From Armatimonadota bacterium (GTDB taxonomy: Bacteria > Armatimonadota > Zipacnadia > Zipacnadales > UBA5352), in contig JAYENL010000293.1 of assembly GCA_034722055.1 (NCBI GenBank), forward strand, positions 1 through 19,524: a stretch of DNA of 19,524 nt, written 5' to 3'. The position numbers and the translations under genes were made by a program. Below are positions 15,352 through 19,524 of this stretch, in pieces. Positions within the stretch are counted from its first letter, which is position 1. Each line of letters starts with the position of its first letter. A model generated the notes under the pieces. That model was not told the origin of the DNA. It saw only the letters and a program-made list of their open reading frames with translations, and ran no database searches.

Positions 15352-17838
15352 CTAACTTACGACCAGGTTGATGAGCTTCTCCGGCACCTTGATGGTCTTG
15401 GCGATCTCCTTGCCCTCCACGTACTTCGCGACCTTCTCGCGCTCCAGGGCCAGCTCTACGACATCGTCCATGTCGGTGCCGGCGGGCACGTCGATGTTGT
15501 CGCGGACCTTGCCGTTGATCTGCACCACGATCGTGATAGTCTCCTCCTCGGCAAGGCCCTCATCCGCCTCCGGCCACTGCTCCTCGACCAGCGACGGCTC
15601 CAGCCCCATGCGCGCCCACAGCTCGTCGCAGATGTGCGGTGTGATGGGCGAGAGCAGGACCACCAGCGTCCACAGCCCCTCGCTGAAGACCGCCCGATCG
15701 GCGGCATCCTCGGCATCCATCTCCTGGACGAAGGAGGCCAGGTCGTTGGACAGCTCCATGATCGCCGCGATGGCGGTGTTGAAGCGCATCTCCTCGAAGT
15801 CGTCGGTGACCTTCAGGATGGTCTGGTGACTCTTACGCCGGATCTGGCGCTGCTCCTCGGAGCCATCGGAGGGGAGATCGGCGCGGAAGTCCGCGTTCCA
15901 GGCCCCCATGTTCTCGGTGGCCAGTCGCCAGACGCGCCACAGGAAGCGGTGGGCGCCGATGACGCTCTCGTCGCTCCACTCCGTGTCCTGATCGGCCGGG
16001 CCCACGAAGAGGCTGAAGAGCCGGCCCGTATCCGCTCCGTACTCGTCATTGATCTCATCCGGCGTCACCACGTTGCCGCGGGACTTGCTCATCTTGGCGC
16101 CGTCCTTGTAGACCATCCCCTGGGTGAAGAGTCTCGCGAACGGCTCGCGGAAGCTCACCCATCCGAGGTCGTGGAGCACCTTGGTGATGAACCGGGAGTA
16201 CATGAGGTGGCCGGTGGCGTGCTCGATGCCGCCGACGTACTGGTCCACCGGCAGCCAGTACTCCACATCGTCACGGTTGAATGGCGCCTCATCCTCGTGC
16301 GGGCTGGGATACCGCAGGTAGTACCAGGCGGAGTAGACGAAGGTGTCCATGGTATCCGCCTCCCGGCGCGCGGGCCGGCCGCACCGGGGGCACTGTACCT
16401 GCATGAACTCCTCGTGCCGGGACAGCGGCGAGTCGCCGGTCACGGTGAACTCGGCGTCCTCCGGCAGCATGACGGGCAGCTCCTCCTCCGGCACCGGAAC
16501 GATCCCGCACTCGTCGCAGTAGATGACGGGGATCGGCGCCCCCCAGTAGCGCTGGCGGGAGATGCACCAGTCCCGCAGGCGGTAGCTCACGTCGCGGTGC
16601 CCCAGGCCCTCCGCCTCCATGTGGTCAGCGATCTGCTCCATCGCCGCGCGGTTGGACTGGCCGGAGAACCGGGCGGAGTTGACCTGTTCGCCATCGCCGA
16701 TGTAGGCCTCGGTCATGGTCTCGCCATCCAGCTCGGCGCCCTCCGGCTGGATCACCGGCACCACCGGCATGTCATACTTGCGCGCGAACTCGAAGTCGCG
16801 CTGATCGTGGGCCGGAACTGCCATGATGGCGCCGGTCCCGTAGTCCATCATCACGTAGTTCGCCACCCAGATCGGGACGCGCTCGCCGGTGAGCGGATGG
16901 ATGGCGTGGGCGCCGGTGAAGACGCCCTCAACCTCGGTGTCCTCGGCGGTGCGCTCCATGACGCTCTCAGCCATGGCCCTCTGGCAGAACTGCTGCACCG
17001 GCTCCTCGAACTCAGTGCCCCCGGTGAGCCGGCTCGTCAGCGGGTGCTCGGGGGCCAGGACCATGAAGGTCAGGCCGTAGATGGTGTCAATGCGGGTGGT
17101 GAAGACCTCCATCTCCTCGTCGAGGCCCTCAATCTCGAGCGTGAACGAGAAGCCCTCGGAGCGGCCGATCCAGTGCTCCTGCATCCTGACGACGCGCTCC
17201 GGCCAGTGCTCGAGCAGCTCCAGGTCCTCCAGGAGCGCCTCGGCGTAGTCGGTGATCTTGAAGAACCACTGCTCCCGGGTGGTGCGCTCCACGAGGGTGT
17301 CGCAGCGCTCGCAGCGGCCGCCCACCACCTGCTCGTTTGCCAGCACCGTGCCACACTCGGGGCACCAGTTCACCAGCCCCGGGCCGCGGTAGGCCAGGCC
17401 GCTGTTGTAGAGCTGCAGGAACAGCCACTGCGTCCAGCCATAGTACTCGGGGTCCGAGGTGTCGATCTCTCGCGACCAGTCGTAGCTGATGCCCAGGCGG
17501 TCGAACTGCTGCTTCATGATGCCCACGCACTGCTCGGTCCACTGCACCGGGTGCACGCCGAACTTGATGGCCGCGTTCTCGGTGGGCAGGCCCAGCGAGT
17601 CCCAGCCCATGGGGTGCAGGACATTGAACCCCTGCATGGTCTTGTAGCGCGCGAAGGCATCCCCGATGATGTAGTTGCGCACGTGCCCCATGTGCAGCTC
17701 CCCCGAGGGGTAGGGGTACATGTCGAGGTAGTAGAACTTGGGCCTGTCCTCCCGGCGCTCCACGTGGAAGAGGCTCCGCTCGCGCCAGTAGTCCTGCCAC
17801 TTGCGCTCGATCGAGGTGAAGTCGTAGCTGTCAGGCAC
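15352..17838 (-). CDS. leuS: Leucine--tRNA ligase
   Basis: YPSGELHMGH (HIGH), KMSKSRGN, CPEC...CERC zinc motif, GTGAIMAVPAHDQRD editing motif, VVQINGKVR. GTG start at 17838 follows GGAGGA (VPDSYDFTSIERKWQ). Confidence 0.97.
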   Translation of the reverse strand: MPDSYDFTSIERKWQDYWRERSLFHVERREDRPKFYYLDMYPYPSGELHMGHVRNYIIGDAFARYKTMQGFNVLHPMGWDSLGLPTENAAIKFGVHPVQWTEQCVGIMKQQFDRLGISYDWSREIDTSDPEYYGWTQWLFLQLYNSGLAYRGPGLVNWCPECGTVLANEQVVGGRCERCDTLVERTTREQWFFKITDYAEALLEDLELLEHWPERVVRMQEHWIGRSEGFSFTLEIEGLDEEMEVFTTRIDTIYGLTFMVLAPEHPLTSRLTGGTEFEEPVQQFCQRAMAESVMERTAEDTEVEGVFTGAHAIHPLTGERVPIWVANYVMMDYGTGAIMAVPAHDQRDFEFARKYDMPVVPVIQPEGAELDGETMTEAYIGDGEQVNSARFSGQSNRAAMEQIADHMEAEGLGHRDVSYRLRDWCISRQRYWGAPIPVIYCDECGIVPVPEEELPVMLPEDAEFTVTGDSPLSRHEEFMQVQCPRCGRPARREADTMDTFVYSAWYYLRYPSPHEDEAPFNRDDVEYWLPVDQYVGGIEHATGHLMYSRFITKVLHDLGWVSFREPFARLFTQGMVYKDGAKMSKSRGNVVTPDEINDEYGADTGRLFSLFVGPADQDTEWSDESVIGAHRFLWRVWRLATENMGAWNADFRADLPSDGSEEQRQIRRKSHQTILKVTDDFEEMRFNTAIAAIMELSNDLASFVQEMDAEDAADRAVFSEGLWTLVVLLSPITPHICDELWARMGLEPSLVEEQWPEADEGLAEEETITIVVQINGKVRDNIDVPAGTDMDDVVELALEREKVAKYVEGKEIAKTIKVPEKLINLVVS

Positions 17839-17870
17839 GCTGTCTCCTCCCAGCTCCATCGAGACCGGCC

Positions 17871-18758
17871 TCAGGGGACCAGCGCCCGCGTCAGGTAGCC
17901 CAGGCCGGCAAAGAGCAAGATCAGGAACGCGAACGCGATGACGAGAGCCCGCTTCTCCCGCGCCGTCAACGAGAAGCTTCCCCGGTTGGCAATCAGAAAG
18001 CCCAGCGCCATCAGCGGCAGCACCGGAACCGGCGGCGCTCCGGGCACCGCCACAATCGCCGCCAGCGCCAGGGCAACCACTCCGAAGATCCACCAGAAGC
18101 TGGCCCGCAGATCCAGGCCGAAGCGGACGATGCAGGCGAAAAACAGGGCCGCGAAGACCAGATCGCCCGGGCCGATGGTGGCCATGTGTGCCAGGCCCTT
18201 GACCCCCTCCGGACCGGCCGCCGAGCCCATCTCGGGCAGCTTCAGCGACAGCCGCGTCACCACCTCCGGAGCCTTCTCAAGCATAGCCCGGGTGGGACCT
18301 ATCAGCACCGTAAACACGTCCGCCAGCGCCAGCACCAGCGCAATGGGCAACATCAGATTGCGCTCCCGCAGGATTCGCGACAGCAGGCGCCCGCCCAGCA
18401 CACAGCCGAACAGGAAGATAACGTCCGCGCCCGCCACCGTCAGCAGGCGCACGGCGTCGCCCTTCCCCCCTACGTCGGCCAGCACGAACCACACGCCGAA
18501 GCACACCAGCATCCCAAGGAGCTCGACGGTCGGGGAGAGCTGCAGCCGTGCCGAGAGTGCAGCCGCCGCCAGGACGGCGGCGGCGAACAGCACCGTGACG
18601 ATGATTCCGCCCACCAGCGGCGGGATGCCGCGGACCAGGGGCGCTGCCACAAGCAACAGCCAGGTCGCCAACAGGATGCCGGCGACCAGCCGGGGCTGAA
18701 TGCGGGCCAGGGCGGCCCCGGTCGCCTCATCGTCGGACGCCTGATCCCGGTCGGTCAA
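17871..18758 (-). CDS. Polytopic membrane protein, presenilin/SPP-like GxGD aspartyl protease candidate
   Basis: Multiple hydrophobic segments; ALAD147VFTVLIGPTRAML, IGPGD199LVF and P245VLP motifs. The TTG start overlaps the upstream TGA. Confidence 0.65.
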   Translation of the reverse strand: MTDRDQASDDEATGAALARIQPRLVAGILLATWLLLVAAPLVRGIPPLVGGIIVTVLFAAAVLAAAALSARLQLSPTVELLGMLVCFGVWFVLADVGGKGDAVRLLTVAGADVIFLFGCVLGGRLLSRILRERNLMLPIALVLALADVFTVLIGPTRAMLEKAPEVVTRLSLKLPEMGSAAGPEGVKGLAHMATIGPGDLVFAALFFACIVRFGLDLRASFWWIFGVVALALAAIVAVPGAPPVPVLPLMALGFLIANRGSFSLTAREKRALVIAFAFLILLFAGLGYLTRALVP

Positions 18759-19135
18759 CTGCCGGACTCCGACCCCTGGGGTGCGAGCGCCCGTGTGCGC
18801 CCGGGCTCCTCGTCGATGAACTCCCCGCCCTCGATCTCCGAGGCCACCACCCCGCGATCGCGGTCGAAGCGGATGGTAAAGCGGATCAGGTTCTGGCAGT
18901 CTTCGCCCACGATCTCCTTGCGGAGGACGTACTCCTGCGGATCGTCGCCCTCCTCGGCATCCTCGGCGTAGACCGACTGCAGCTCATGGTCTCTATCGAT
19001 CCGCAGGCGAATAGTCTCGGCGCACTGGTGACACCTGACGGCCAGGGTGAAGGACCTGGACGAACAGAGCAGCGGCTGCTTGCCCTCGCCGCCGGAGAAC
19101 AGCCGCTCCAGCGCCTGGGCCAGTTGTGCTAACAT
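18755..19135 (-). CDS. Small hypothetical protein with a CxxC motif
   Basis: 126 aa; VRCHQC...YVLRKEIVGEDC; GAGAGGAG RBS upstream; first gene after the promoter; stop overlaps the next start. Confidence 0.7.
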   Translation of the reverse strand: MLAQLAQALERLFSGGEGKQPLLCSSRSFTLAVRCHQCAETIRLRIDRDHELQSVYAEDAEEGDDPQEYVLRKEIVGEDCQNLIRFTIRFDRDRGVVASEIEGGEFIDEEPGRTRALAPQGSESGS

Positions 19136-19228
19136 GCTGACCGATGCTCCTCTCAGGCCGGTGGTATTCGCACCTGCGCACGATGCGGACGAGTCTCCGA
19201 GCGGCCCAAATCCCCACAGGACGGATTC

Positions 19229-19256
19229 ATTATAGCACCGCCACCCGCCGCGTCAA
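19229..19256 (-). promoter_or_regulatory. Sigma70-type promoter of the hyp-protease-leuS-comEA-comEC operon
   Basis: Minus strand TTGACG-16 nt-TATAAT with extended -10 (TGcTATAAT). Confidence 0.75.
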
Positions 19257-19400
19257 GGAAATGCGCCGGGGGGGTGTGGCTCAGATTGTCGGTTTCGGGC
19301 GAGGGCGCCTGCAGCCCAGCAAGAATGGCTACGCAGTGCTGGCTAGCCGCCCCCACGCTGCGTACCGATGGGCCCGCGCAGTTCCGGCGCTGCGGTTCAG

Positions 19401-19517
19401 TGTCGTACGGAGGGCTGGCCTGCCTAGGCCAGCCGTCGCGCGAAGCGCGACTGTCGTTCCAGCGCACCCTCAACGGCACGGCATCTTGGGCCGGCCTCCT
19501 CCGGGTGCTTCGCACCC
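19401..19517. repeat. REP-like hairpin cluster
   Basis: tgtcgtacGGAG-GGCTGGCCT-gcct-AGGCCAGCC; GTCGCGC-gaa-GCGCGAC; GGGTGC-ttc-GCACCC. Confidence 0.6.
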
Positions 19518-19524
19518 ATCGTCG

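Noticed and set aside
15187..17898. 903-aa plus-strand ORF and other long antisense ORFs (7418-8908, 12896-14389, 6009-7364, 3332-4588)
   Set aside because: Shadow frames of real genes in high-GC DNA, with no motifs.
17839..18093. 85-aa N-terminal extension of LeuS
   Set aside because: It overlaps the upstream gene; an RBS plus GTG at 17838 gives the normal LeuS N-terminus.
17871..18758. Type IV prepilin peptidase (A24) as the call for the GxGD protein
   Set aside because: The D-x-x-x-V...GP and PxLP motifs fit presenilin/SPP better, and there is no PilD-type Cys domain in this ORF. Not formally excluded without a profile search.
19267..19340. tRNA-like start GGGGGTGTGGCTCAG
   Set aside because: No D-loop GG/AGAGC, no TTCGA T-loop in position, and no matching acceptor stem.

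Overview
GC-rich bacterial chromosomal window. Left to right it holds: a 5'-truncated XerC/D-type tyrosine recombinase; a lipoprotein beta-helix protein; a secreted tandem-domain protein that breaks off abruptly and runs antisense into a GH-like gene; a BNR/sialidase-family gene; ArsM-like methyltransferase, PfpI/DJ-1 and 5'-nucleotidase/SoxB-like genes; a ~1.5 kb non-coding REP-rich region; and a minus-strand operon (hypothetical CxxC protein, membrane protein, leuS, comEA, comEC) behind a near-consensus sigma70 promoter. Two signals stand out. (1) A 387-nt ORF-less group II intron-like element (11174-11560, minus strand) has intact ends, DV/DVI, alpha-alpha' and EBS1/IBS1 pairings. It is inserted precisely into the GG|AG foot of a REP-like hairpin, and several empty target REPs lie nearby. 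(2) The membrane protein upstream of leuS carries all three presenilin/SPP signature motifs, making it a candidate bacterial presenilin-like GxGD protease. All calls come from reading motifs by eye; no searches were run.
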